In this document: positions 1 to 12,279 of the stretch, piece by piece
Numbering within the stretch: position 1 is the stretch's first letter
Layout: every line of letters starts with the position of its first letter
Source: Lytechinus pictus
Taxonomy: Eukaryota
Assembly: GCF_037042905.1 (NCBI RefSeq)
Contig: NC_087245.1
Location: 41,604,001 to 41,668,000, forward strand
Direction: 5' to 3'
DNA: 64,000 bases
The notes under the pieces: model-generated
What the model was told of the DNA's origin: nothing
Seen by the model: only the letters and a program-made list of their open reading frames with translations
Databases searched by the model: none
Position numbers and translations under genes: made by a program

Positions 1-360
1 AAGATAGTGAAAATCACCGCCAGGGTGCACATAAAAGTTTTGAAAGTGGGGAGGAGGGGGGGGGGGGCTGACCATGCAAAAAAGACAAAATCAGATGGTA
101 ATTTTTAAATTTTTGTACACATATGGAAAAATATATGAGTGTGTGTGTGTGCGCACCCCCTGTTCCGCAGCCCCTGACTAACATGACACCATCAGTGCAT
201 AGAGCTCCCTACCAAAATGAAATTAAACAAAATGGTTGCGGTGGGGGCAATAGGCAAAAAACAAAAAACACCCAAAGTGAATGGAAATTTGAAGACTTGA
301 AAAGTGGACAAGAAATGATGGAGCAAGATGAAGTTTGGAGACAAGAATTAATCAGCTAAC

Positions 361-470
361 CTCCAAGACCAGGAATGATAATACCAATGGGTGTGGCAGT
401 ACCTCCACTGGTCTGACCGTCATCCCAGTGCAAGATGATCTCACCACCGTCGATTGTACTCAGTTTCTCA
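361..470 (-). CDS. ABHD3: ABHD1/ABHD3-like, third coding exon (gene continues beyond window start)
   Basis: cttaacAG|(S)EKLSTIDGGEIILHWDDGQTSGGTATPIGIIIPGLG|GTTAGC; phase 2 matches the previous exon. The DGGxIxLxW and PGLxG family motifs are present. Confidence 0.85.
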
Positions 471-1331
471 CTGTTAAGGAACCATCGGATAATTGCAATT
501 CTGGTGGGTGTTTCATTAAGCTGTTCATAAGTTGCGACTTACGAGTGAATTTACAAAGGACTGGAGACCCTATCTTGTGGTATATGGTACACCAGGGCCC
601 AGGAACACCAAGGTTAGCGATTAATCGTTAAATGAAATGGCCTATCAAGATCATCGTTGCATGCGTATTTGCTCTGTAGACTGACTCAGAACCAATCAGA
701 ACTGTCCTTTCAAATAAGCGATTAATCGCTAACCTTTGTGTTACGGGGCCCAGTTGTTTTATACATGTAGGTGTTGATTTAGTTCCTAAAGTAGTAAAGA
801 GACACCAGCTTTTCACAATGTTGCTCGTAACTTACAAACAGTTCCTTTCTTACTACCTATGATATGATGACATTGATATAACAGAAAACTTGACTCTGAT
901 TGTCTGTTGAGCCCCAATTCCATGGCAGATGCTCACAGTGGGCCTATTGGGCAGCCTACAATTACCTATCGCTATACCATTACCAGTACAATTAATGAAT
1001 ATTCAACATACAAAATGTTCTTTAAAGCCTGTATCAAGATTCTTGATAACAAGAAATCAGAGCTGCCAACTTGAACAAGAACATTTCTGTATTTTGAAAG
1101 CTGAAACAGAATTTTGATGAGGAAATCAGTATTGTCAAAGAAATATCATACAAACATCATATAAATCTGAAACTTTAGAAATCAGTATTTTGCCCGAAAC
1201 CATCAGTATTCTTCTCATTTTCAGTACTAGTTGGCAGCTCTGTTGAATGAAAAAGCAGCTTGCCATACATGCGTCAGCAAACGTTGGCTAAATCTTCCAA
1301 GGTTAACAGATCTTTTACAAGTACTTCATAC

Positions 1332-1498
1332 CTCCTGTAATTGTGTTTCCCGACAAAAGGCTGGAACGCCACATGACCCACGGTCTGTAAGTGGGTCCCA
1401 AAGCCTAGAAATGTTGGCCAGTATGGCTTGGTTAGGGATGGGACACACCTCTGAAGAAGACGCTGGAACTTCGGGTTTCCACAGGCTAGTACAGGATT
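1332..1498 (-). CDS. ABHD3: ABHD1/ABHD3-like, second coding exon
   Basis: ttcttgcAG|NPVLACGNPKFQRLLQRCVPSLTKPYWPTFLGFGTHLQTVGHVAFQPFVGKHNYR|GTATGA; phase 0 to 2. YxPT...HLQT is typical of the ABHD1/2/3 (YheT-like) family. Confidence 0.82.
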
Positions 1499-2193
1499 CT
1501 GCAAGAAATTCAAAGCAAAACTTTCTTAAAAAAAAAAAACAAAGAGAACTCCGCAACCATCCATTCAATTCATTCTTTCTGTCATACATATAAAACGTAT
1601 AGAAAATACAGTACAAGTATACTGCCGTACTTTGGCAAAAGGAAGCAAGTTACAAAAGTATCATTTGTTGTAAATGAGCAATGTGTGTTCGTCCTTTACA
1701 TATAGGCGTCAATGCAATTTAACAGCAGATTTTGTTAATATTAGAACGATTATTTCTTCCCCAAATTTTGCCAGAACGTGCAACATACAAAGTGTGTTTC
1801 AGAAACAACAATAACTCAAATTTGACTGATATGTCACTTGCTTCCTCTTGCCAATTGGGCAGTATACAGCAATCACATTAATCTACTTCACAAAATCTAC
1901 ATTTCTTGATCGAAAATGGTCTCTTTAATTGGTAACTTATGTAAATCTGAGCAAGTTTTGGAGCAAAAGAAACACCCTAAAACCATTCAATTCAATTCAT
2001 AACCATTCATTATTGTCATCAGGTCTCCCACCCCATCAAAAAATGAAAGTTTTTTTTTTAAATCAATAGCAATTACATTGAAACCCATTTCACAAAATTC
2101 ATATATTTTTCTTAATCAAAACTAAAAATATAGGCCTAATCAATGGTAACCTTTATAAATGTGAACAAGGATTGCAAAAGTCAAACTCCCTAC

Positions 2194-2307
2194 CTTGACA
2201 ACATATCTGAGATAGTACACCGTATATAGAGCTCCAATTCCTAGGTACAGCGCAGCAGTCCGCCAATGTTGATAGGCTAAGATCATGATCAGGTCAAAAG
2301 TATACAT
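2194..2307 (-). CDS. ABHD3: ABHD1/ABHD3-like alpha/beta hydrolase, first coding exon (N-terminal membrane anchor)
   Basis: Reads MYTFDLIMILAYQHWRTAALYLGIGALYTVYYLRYVVK then a GTAGGG donor (phase 0). AG acceptor at 2325-2326. A hydrophobic segment ending YYL...K resembles ABHD1/3 N-termini. Paralogue assignment (ABHD1 vs ABHD3) is not resolvable. Confidence 0.72.
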
Positions 2308-3017
2308 CTCAAATTGATGGACATCTAAATTTGAAAAAACAACAATGAAATATCTGAATGGTAGTACATTCGTATAGGGATTAGATCTACTGTTTTGAAA
2401 AGTCTAAAAAAACTCAGACCAAAGGCATATATCAGAATACATATACTAGGGTCTATGCACTATTCATTCTTTTGGGAAATACATTGTGACCTACTGATTC
2501 TTAAAGGGGAAGTTCACCCTGACAAAAAGTTAATAGTAAAAATAGCAGAAAAAATCATGAAAAAACATCCCTCAACATTAAAAAAAATTATTAGAATTCT
2601 AAGTTTTTGATTTGTGACGTCATATGCGAGCAGCTTCCCATGCATCGTGAATTTAAAACTAGCACATCAATGATGTGGAGCTCATCCAGCATCTCGCAAA
2701 CAATTTTTAATTTCAGCCCATGTAGTGAATTATATTGGTGACATAAATTGAGGAAACAGCTTTAAAATCGATGTCAGAGAAAAAGCTTTTTTTTGTGATC
2801 TATGAAAATTTTTTGTATAAATAAGCATGAATTTCTAATCTAACAATAGTTAGTTTTCTAGTCAAAATGTCTAAATTCAGTGAGGAACCTTGATTGGTGC
2901 AACTCATGGAGCTCTCAGATGGAACAAAAAAATAAGAAGCAATATATGCATGATTTAAAATTAGATCTAGTAATTTTAGACCCCTGACTGTGGCCTGACA
3001 TAGTCATAGGTAACAGT

Positions 3018-3549
3018 CCCAGGGGGGCGGGGGGTACTCGACCAAAAAAGTGGTAGGTATGTGCCGCGGGCGAGACAAAAACCGGGAGGCCTTGGAGCGG
3101 AATTATTGTGAAAAGGAGGGTCCTCGGAACGGGCTTCGGAACTACAAATGTTTGTGAAAACAGGGGTCCTTGGAACGGGTCGCCTGCGTGTGCATCCCTA
3201 TGGCTATGGAACGGGCATACGTGTATGCAGCTAGCCCAGCGGCGCTCGCGCAGAGGCGATGGTCGGACAGCGCTCTGCAGCCGCTTTTCACCAAAATTGC
3301 AGCTCATTGTGGCGGATCAATGCGACCGGAACGGCGTAACGACAAATATGCGAAGCTTTGGAGCGGATTTCTTTCTTCCTTTCTCCCGATAAGAAAATGC
3401 TGCTTCGCCTTCGGAACGGCTTTCTTAGTTCTTTTTCTCAATAAGATGAAAATGCTATGCCCTGGAACAGAAATTTGAGTGTAAAAATGGGGGTCCCCTC
3501 CGCGGCACATATCCACTATGCATTATACTGAGTGCCCCCCCCCCCCCGG
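3018..3549. mobile_element. GC-rich non-autonomous DNA transposon (CCCRGGGG...CCCCGGG ends)
   Basis: Inverted G/C-run termini flanked by direct GTAACAG repeats; GC-rich interior in an AT-rich intron. Confidence 0.5.
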
Positions 3550-4127
3550 GTAACAGCACTCACACGTACTGCGAGGTTAGTATTAGTATACTAACCTCAC
3601 ACCACGAACCGCGTTTGGTAGTGGATTTCTAACTAGTTGGTCGCGCGTGCTGGGATCTCACTTCTTGGGTCCACAACACACGACTTCTATGGCTTGATTT
3701 TTCTGTGCGCAGCGGCATGTAATGAACCCTTGGGTGGGGTAACAGTGCAGTTAGAAATGGTTAACTAAGTTAAAGTTTGATGAATATTAGGAAAATTATC
3801 ATCATGTTTGATATCTGGATATGATTGAATTCTTGAAAAGTGTTCGGTAATAGTTACGATCCACTCTCCCTGGACTAGAGACTCTAGTCTAGATTCATTT
3901 CTATGTAACGTTATTAGAGTTTAGATCTAAACGAGATCTCTCTCTCTTAGTCTTACCATACAACACAATTTACAATATGTGGGGCCGCGCCGAAGAAGAG
4001 TCAAGACTCAAGTTAAACTTAAAATTAATAGAATTTAGAAATGCGTCAAATGTGTTTCTCGACAGATCTTCTTCTTCTTCTTCAAGCTACACTGCCTCCT
4101 TCAATCTTGAAGATTCTTGCAGTATTG

Positions 4128-5135
4128 TAACCCAGAGAGCTCCCGCCCGCTGCGCGGGCGGGAGCCCAGAAGCTTACCGTGTATTTTACCATTGTCACCG
4201 GACTAGGGTGATTTATGGTCTAAATATTTCTCCAAATGAATTGTGAAAACGGAAAGTATACAATTACCACGATTATATGGATGAAGGTCTAACGAAACGA
4301 GTGGCAGATTCCTGACATCTGGGCACAGTCTGGAACCTCAAAAAAACGAAAAGTTCTCTCCTTCTACCCAGTCTCGATCGGCCATTTTGTTACGATTTTT
4401 AACAAAAATGGCCGATCGAGACGGGGTAGAAGGAGAGAACTTTTCGTTTTTTTGAGGTTCCAGACTGTGCCCAGATGTCAGGAATCTGCCACTCGTTAGA
4501 CCTTCATCCATATAATCGTGGTAATTGTATACTTTACGTTTTCACAATTCATTTGGAGAAATATTTAGACCATAAATCACCCTAGTCCGGTGACAATGGT
4601 AAAATACACGGTAAGCTTCTGGGCTCCCGCCCGCGCAGCGGGTTATACCCAGTTGTTGTGTGTCCGGACAGGTTGTGTGTCCGGACGATCAATTTTAGAA
4701 AGTCATTTGGAAAAAATTACAAGCGAAGTGTCATCAATTTTTAGTACAAAATGTAAGGAAATATTATAGAGAACAAAATATAAGATGATTACAACTATTG
4801 AATTCATATTTTTAGTGTAATCTTAAGACAAAAAAGAAGGCTTCAAAAATATAAAGTGTCCGGACACCCGATCCCCCATCCTAGAACTTGAAGGAGAGAA
4901 CTTTTCGTTTTTTTGAGGTTCCAGACGTCAGACTGTGCCCAGATGTCAGGAATCTGCCACTCGTTACTCGTTAGACCTTCATCCATATAATCGTGGTAAT
5001 TGTATACTTTCCGTTTTCACAATTCATTTGGAGAAATATTTAGACCATAAATCACCCTAGTCCGGTGACAATGGTAAAATACACGGTAAGCTTCTGGGCT
5101 CCCGCCCGCTGCGCGGGCGGGAGCTCTCTGGGTTA
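4128..5135. mobile_element. Mutator-like foldback element with 9-bp TSD and a duplicated right arm
   Basis: Termini TAACCCAGAGAGCTCCCGCCCG / CGGGCGGGAGCTCTCTGGGTTA. GCAGTATTG duplicated at 4119-4127 and 5136-5144. The ~260-bp left arm is mirrored at ~4400-4642 and again at ~4889-5135. Confidence 0.85.
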
Positions 5136-5332
5136 GCAGTATTGTAGTACCGGGGACCGGCAGGTGCAATACACCGGGTGAACCCCCTACTCTTTGACGA
5201 ATAGATCATCTACGTTAGTCATAATACTAATAGTCTTACTATTTCAACAATAAAACTAGGGTATTTTACTGCTATACTAATCTATTTTCCCAAAATTCTC
5301 AGAGGAATAAAACTCTTTTGCATTCTTCTTAC

Positions 5333-5400
5333 CCAACTTCTGCACGCACGAACATGAAACTGCAGAATCTTACTACAGCAGCCACTAATATGCAGCGTGT
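5333..5400 (-). other. Candidate non-coding first exon of the ABHD gene
   Basis: Strong minus-strand donor GG|GTAAGA at 5331-5332 upstream of the ATG-bearing exon, which has its own acceptor. The 5' boundary is a guess. Confidence 0.35.
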
Positions 5401-5782
5401 GTAATATATATATATACACCAATTTCTACAGGGACATCACGATTCTGTGATATTCTAATTTAGATTGTACAGGAGCCAAATTACACATTTGTTGTGGGAG
5501 GTCTGGTGTGCGCGCTTAGATCCATAAATAAGTATGGAGCGCTGATCGAATGAGTGAAAATTGCTCACTTTTCATTATCTAAAAATTATGAATATTCTTG
5601 GAATTTTCCACATAAATATCCTAAAAGTATAAAAATAGGCCAATATTGATTGCTCTTTACGGTTAATAAATTCTTTTTCATTTATTTATTTTTGTATTAT
5701 TTATATCTATTTTATTTTTCGTTTTTATATATCATTTATTTTTCTTTTTATTATATTTCAGTTATTTACTGCATTTATTTAT

Positions 5783-7233
5783 ACTTACTTACTTATGGAT
5801 ACTTATGGATGCTTCTGAACGCAGTCTAAGACTCTATATTCAGTTCCAAATTCTGTCTCCTCTTTAGGTTGGCCGGATCATGTCCTGGTGGGTCAGCGTC
5901 AAACTTGTACTTCACAGGTTCACGTTTCCAATACTTATCCAGTCCATTCTCGAAGCTGTGGACACTGGGTGCATTTACTAATTCATTACTTAGGCTATTC
6001 CAAGGTTTCCTCATTCTTATGTAAAAAGAATTCTTACGTTTCTCAGTTACTGACCTCGGAATGTACAATTTCTTATCATGACCTCTGGTAGGCCCATGCA
6101 CCTGGCCCAAATCTGGCACTACCTCTTGGTCATACCTGTGAAATAACCGTATGTTTCGATCATATCTCCTCGCGCACGGCGATATGCTAATGTAGGAAGT
6201 TTTAGTTGAATCAATCTTTGTTCATATGGAAGGTTCTTTACTTCAGGTACCAACTTAGTGGCCCTTCTTTGTACATTTTCTATTGCTTGAATATGTTTCT
6301 TTAAGTATGGACTCCATACTGCATGAGCATACTCCAAGTGAGGTCTAATCAATGCTTTGTATAGGAGTAGGAAGTTCTCCTTGTGAAGATAAACAAATGT
6401 TCTCCTAATTAGATTCATTAGCCTATATTGGCTTTATTTATCTTTGACTGAAAGTGCTGGTCAAAACTAAGCTTTGTGTCGACAATCATTCCTAAATCTT
6501 TACTAGTTTCAACTTGTGATAGATTATGTGAAGCATTATCATGTGTCATAGTATATTCATTGAATTCATCATTCTTTGTACCAATAGTAAGTACACAACA
6601 TTTATCCGGGTGGAACTTTAATAGCCACTTGTCTGACCATGACACAAGACGATCTAAGTCCGCTTGTAATAACTCAGCATCTCTGTCATTATTAACATGC
6701 TTGTATAACTTGGTGTCATCTGCAAATAAATGAACAGTACTTGACGAAATCTGATCCGGTAAATCATTAATGTACATTACAAAAAGCAGGGGTCCGAGGA
6801 CACTCCCTTGCGGTATTCCGCTGGTTACATCAGCCCAGTCAGAGAACACACCATTCACACAAACTCGGTGCTGTCGACCAACAAGAAAAGACCTGACCCA
6901 CTTACATATGAGCTTAGATATGCCAAATCCCTCAATTTTGGCTAAAAGTCTCTGGTGTGGGACCTTATCAAAGGCTTTCATGAAATCTAGGTAGATGACA
7001 TCAACTGCACCACCAACCTCCAACATATTCGTCCAATCATCTAACACATTGAGTAATTGTAACATTGTTGATCGTCCTGATACAAATCCAAATTGTTTTG
7101 AACTGAGAAGGTTGGTGCTCCTCACATGCTCATATATTTCATCCCTCAGGATAGACTCCATGATTTTACATACAATACATGTAAGACTTATTGGTCTGTA
7201 GTTTGAAGGGAGTTTACGATCACCTTTTTTGAA
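5783..7233 (-). mobile_element. 5'-truncated, frameshifted CR1/L2-group LINE (RT domain and 3' end)
   Basis: ORFs 6418-7161, 6119-6418 and 5826-6119 give YLDFMKAFDKVPH, SGIPQGSVLGPLLF, FADDTK and RPHLEYA..VWSP. Starts at KKGDRKLPSNYRPISLT and ends in a (TAAG)n tandem tail. Confidence 0.93.
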
Positions 7234-7947
7234 TTATGATTTATTTCTTTTATCATTTATCATTCATTATCATTCGTTATCGTCATCATCATCATCATCA
7301 TCATTGTTGTTGTTGTTGTTGTTGATGATGATGTTCTTGTTGTAGGCGCGCGGATCCAGGGGAGGGGGGGGGGCATGTGCCCCCCCCCCCCCTTTGAGAA
7401 GCAAAATTAAAATTTGTAATGTAAAAATGCCATTAAAACAGAGGTGTCCCTCTGTTTAAATTGAAGAATTTTTTTTATTTTTTTATATATATCCTTAATC
7501 TGTGGTTGAAAACCTTTTTTGGGGGGCTTGTCATAATTTTCCTCCGAAAAATTTGCCCCCCCCCCCCACTTTTGGAAAATCCTGAATCCGCCCCTGTTGT
7601 TGGTATAGTATTATGATCAAGTTCTTTAAATTTTCTTTCTTACTACAGAAGGGAGCCGGACTGAGCTAGTGAAATAAAATACAGTAGGTCTACTGTTTGT
7701 TGATGTGTGGGTCATTTAATTACGGACTATTCATAGAAAATCCTTGAAATATCATTAAAAATTGTAAATTCCTATAATTAGGCCTATATACTTTCAAGTT
7801 AAAAACAAAACAGTGCTCACAAACCCTCCCATTGAGTCACACTGGCGTAAATCCGTGTTGATGGGTGGGGGGGATGACTGAAATATTTTGGCTTTTTTTT
7901 TGCAATCATGTTTTTAGATATGCAAGGAATTGTCATTGATATGTCCA

Positions 7948-9712
7948 CAGTGGCGTACCGTGGGTCACGGCATTGGGGAGGGGGGCACCAGCAAAATGTT
8001 TGAATCACTGAGTGAGCGCGCTCAGTTGCCAGTTATACTGACCTAATAGAGACATTTTCTGGACAATGTCATTAAACGGATATGCATCTCACTGATCAAA
8101 TAATGCGAGCGCGAAGCGCGAGCTGAATTTTTTTTATATTCACACCTAAAAAGAGACATTATAATCAAGTTTGTGTAATCATGATAGGTACCTGTCTCGC
8201 TAAACAATACGAGCGCGAAGCGCGAGCTGAAGTTTTCGTATATTTTGACCCCAAAAAGCGAGATTTTGAGGAATATATTTTAGGAATCCATTAAAGGACA
8301 AGTCCACCCCAACAAAAAGTTGATTTGAAAAAAAGGAGAAAAATCCAACAAGCAAAACACTGAAAATTTCATCAAAATCGGATGCAAAATAAGAAAGTTA
8401 TGACATTTTAAAGTTTCGCTTAATTTCACAAAACAGTTATATGTACATCCTGGTCGGTATGCAAATTGGCAGACTGATGACGTCACCCACTCACTATTTC
8501 TTTTGTATTTTATTATATGAAATATGACATATTCTAATTTTCTCCTCCTTGTCAAGTGAAAAACGTTTTATTTCTCCTTGAACATGTGGAATTGTCATTA
8601 TTTTAACAGTTTATGGTTAAGTTAAGTTGGTCCTTTTTGTCAAATTTGAAAAAAATTAAATATTGTATTATTCAAACAATAAAAAACAAAAGAAATAGTG
8701 AGTGATGGACATCATCGACTCTCTCATTTGCATATCGCTGAGTTGTGCATTTAACTGTTTTGTGAAAAATAAGCGAAACTTAAAAATGTCATAACTTTCT
8801 TATTTTACATCCGATTTCGATGAAATTTGCAGCGTTATGTTTGTTTGATTTTTCTCTATCGATTCAAATCAACAATTTTCTGGGGTGGACCTGACCTTTA
8901 AGAGTATGCATATCTCACCATAGTCATCTAATGCGAGTGCCAAGCGCTTGCTGGTTTATAAGAATTACATCTGAACACATGAAACACTTTTTGTAGTCAT
9001 TGCAATCATGATTATCATACGCATCTCACTAATCAAATAATGCGAGCGCAAAGCGCGAGCTGAAAATTTAGATAATTTAGACCTGAAGTGGGGCATTCTA
9101 AGGTTTCTTTGTAGGAATTAACTAGGACCATACGTATTTCAATATCCAAATGATGCGAGCGCGAAGCGCGAGCTGAAAATTTTTGATATTCAGATCAGAA
9201 GGGACATTTTAAGGACTGATTTTAGGAATTCATGAAGAGCAGACATATCTCACCAATCCACTAATGCGAACGTAATCACGGACAAGAAATGTTTCATATA
9301 TACGAAGACCTTAACATGGGGCAATCACTTTTTGAGTCATGAAAAAGAAGCATATGTCACTACATAAAAAAATGATAACTCAAGTGCTAGGAAATATATT
9401 TGGTTTATATTGACTTGAAAACGGGATGTTTCAGTACAACAGGATTATATATCTCATTAACAGACAATGCAAGCACCAGGAACAATGAAGACGTAGGCCC
9501 TGGGCAAATTATGTTTCATGAAGTTATGATAAAAATGTTTCTTATGTAAAGTAACATAACATAATTATAATATAACATTATAATGAATAATATTTTCTTC
9601 TTTCCCACTATACGCTTCTCTTCCTTTCTCCCTCTTTTCTCCTTTTCCCCTTTTCCCCGTTTTTTTTTTTTTTTGGTCAGCCGATGCCCCCCCCCCCGTA
9701 GTTACGCCACTG
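7948..9712. mobile_element. hAT-like non-autonomous element with internal GCGAGCGCGAAGCGCGAGC repeats
   Basis: TIRs CAGTGGCGTA / TACGCCACTG; perfect 8-bp TSD TATGTCCA at 7940-7947 and 9713-9720. Confidence 0.85.
8295..8897. mobile_element. ~600-bp palindromic MITE with TTAA TSD (Kolobok-like AGG termini)
   Basis: TTAA|AGGACAAGTCCACCCC...GGGGTGGACCTGACCT|TTAA; the same family recurs at 18257, 21019 and ~34485. Confidence 0.85.
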
Positions 9713-11405
9713 TATGTCCATATGGCAAATACCCCTCCAATATTATTATCTTTTTTACCCCATGATGGTTTAATCATAGAGCTATTACCATGGTTTAATG
9801 ATTTTATTAGAGATTACATTAAAAAAGAATTGACATTCCATCTTAATCCCTTCCCAAAGACCCCAACATTGATGAATTGGAAGAAACGGGAGTTTCTCTT
9901 CAATGTTATAATAAGGACATAAGTATTTCGTTTGGAAATGGTGAACTGGCTCTTTATTTGCATTTTATTATTCAATAATATTGTTTTATTTGTTAAGCGG
10001 TATTTCAGGAAGAATTTTCACCAATAAAACAATTATCTCTTGTGATTTTTTTTTCATTTTTTTCGTAAAAAGTGGGGGGGATGTTTGTACAGGCCATCCC
10101 CCCCTCCTCGAAAAGTGAAGGGGATATATCCCCCCATCCCCCCCGGGATTTACGCCAGTGCATTGAGATCTCCGCAAATGTAGCCTCACAAAATAGGCGT
10201 CCACATGGGCGATTCCATCACGGTAAGTCGCATTAAACTTTTAGGTGTCTTTTTTTTATTCCGTTGGTGCTGTCAGTTTTACAGGGGTCAGTCTTTCTGT
10301 CAAGTGTCAATGACATCTGAGCCTTTAGAACAATATACATGCAGAATGGTTGTAGGATTTATATCGTAGACACTGTGACGTCCCAAAAATAGGTCAGTCG
10401 CATTACACAAAAAGGTGACTGATTACTTTTTAATAGTTCTTTTAAATCAAAACACTTTTTGCAAATTTCGATATACCTGCAAACATTACTTAATATTAAG
10501 TGTCAAATAAGACATTTGAATTTGGAAATCAACTTCGAGTTCAAGTTCTCTTGTAGATAGAAAAACTGCGGTCAGTCGCATTACGGTCAGTCACATTAAA
10601 CATATTTGACATTTTTTAAACCTTTCATTCCCGCAACTTATTTTGATTTTTTTTTGTATGATGATGACCTTCGACAGGGGCGGCGCTAGGCCTTTTCCAG
10701 TAGGGGGGGGGGGGGGGGGTGTGGAGGCCCTGATTACCGACAAATATCAGTACCGATTACCGACGTCCCGCGACCATGAATCTTTTTCTTGTTCTCTTTA
10801 TATAGTCACATTTTCTTCCGTCACGCATGACAGTTCCAGCTGCCTTCAGATTATCAAACTGAAAATTTTGAAAAACAAACGATAGTTTTCTGTTAAATTG
10901 AAATTAATCAAAAAAATATACATGTAGTCCAGTGTAAATAATTTTTATGTATGGTTCGGATTCTCCTATAAGGAGATGCATAAGAAAAAAATAATTGAGG
11001 CTAATTATGACCCCCCCTCCCTTTTGCATTAATGAGCTTACATATGAGTTTTAATAGAAAATATATGGTCCAGATTTGACATAGAGCCAATATTAATTTT
11101 TGGAAAATGTCGGCTTTTACTTGAAATCGCCCATATACAGAATTAAACAAAATGAATGATTCTAATGTACAGTCAGAGTCCCGTTGCGAAAAGTTACTAT
11201 GGTAACTTCGCCATAAAGAAGTAACTCGGTAACGCTGATCAACAACCAATCAAAATCAACGATTCCGTGCAAGTTAACATTGGATGCCAAAGTCTAGGGT
11301 CGCAGAACGGTTTTGAAAGTATGGGGGGGGGGGTGGGCGGGGGATGACCATGCAAAAAATCACAATCATGTGGTCATTTTTACGTTTTTGATACAACGTA
11401 TAGGT

Positions 11406-11508
11406 CAGGGGCGTCGATCCATTTTTCAGATTGGGGGGGCAAAATCATTAATCAACGTTCCAAAGGCGCTCGATCGTACAAAACACCTCCCACAAACACA
11501 TAGGCATG

Positions 11509-11544
<36 letters not shown>

Positions 11545-12279
11545 CTCATGAGATACAGACATAGACATGTATCTCACCAAAAAATTAATGCGAGCGCGAA
11601 GCGCGAGCTGAAATTTTTTAGTATACTGACCATAAAACAGGAAAAGGGTACCTGTTTAGGCCTGTTTGTATAGTAACTCATGAGGAGGATACATATCTCA
11701 TTACACATATAATGCGAGTGCCGAGAGCGAGCTGAAATTTCTTTATATTCTGACCTGAAAGCTTGATATTCTAAGCATTTTTGGTACCAAAAGAACAAAT
11801 CTCTCTCTAAAAGAGATGCGAGCGCGAAGCGCGAGCTGAAAATTTTGATATTTCTATCTGAAAAAAATGACAGTTTAATGGACGTTTTTTTTTTTAAAGA
11901 ATAAGATATATATCCAACAAAAGATTATTGCAAATCGAAGCGGGAGTTATTTTGAGGGTTAGAACTGAAAACGGGACATTCTATTCACCTATTTAATCAT
12001 GAAAAGTATGGGTTTTTGCTACAGAAATGATGCGAGCGCGAAGCGCGAGCTGAAAATTTTTGTATTCCAATCTGAAAAGCGGACATTTGGAGCACGATTT
12101 GAAATAGAGAACGAGTTGTGTATCTCAATCTCGCTTGCTGAACATTACAATCTTATTTTATTTTTGCACATCCGGAATTATTGGGGGGGGGGGGGGGTAA
12201 AACGATATGTTTGCCCCCCCCCCAATATTTTCATTGGTGGGGCGATCGCCCACCCTGCCCCCCATGATCGACGCCTCTG
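11406..12279. mobile_element. hAT-like MITE
   Basis: TIRs CAGGGGCGTCGATC / GATCGACGCCTCTG; 8-bp TSD GTATAGGT at 11398-11405 and 12280-12287; same internal GCGAGCGCGAAGCGCGAGC repeats. Confidence 0.85.

Larger units (their letters stand above)
7840..10160. mobile_element. Outer hAT-like MITE hosting nested insertions
   Basis: TIRs CACTGGCGTAAATCC / GGATTTACGCCAGTG; imperfect CATTGAG flanking repeat. Confidence 0.6.

Noticed and set aside
2915..3516. Cluster of overlapping ORFs in GC-rich DNA
   Set aside because: Lies inside a TIR-bounded repeat; no protein motifs.
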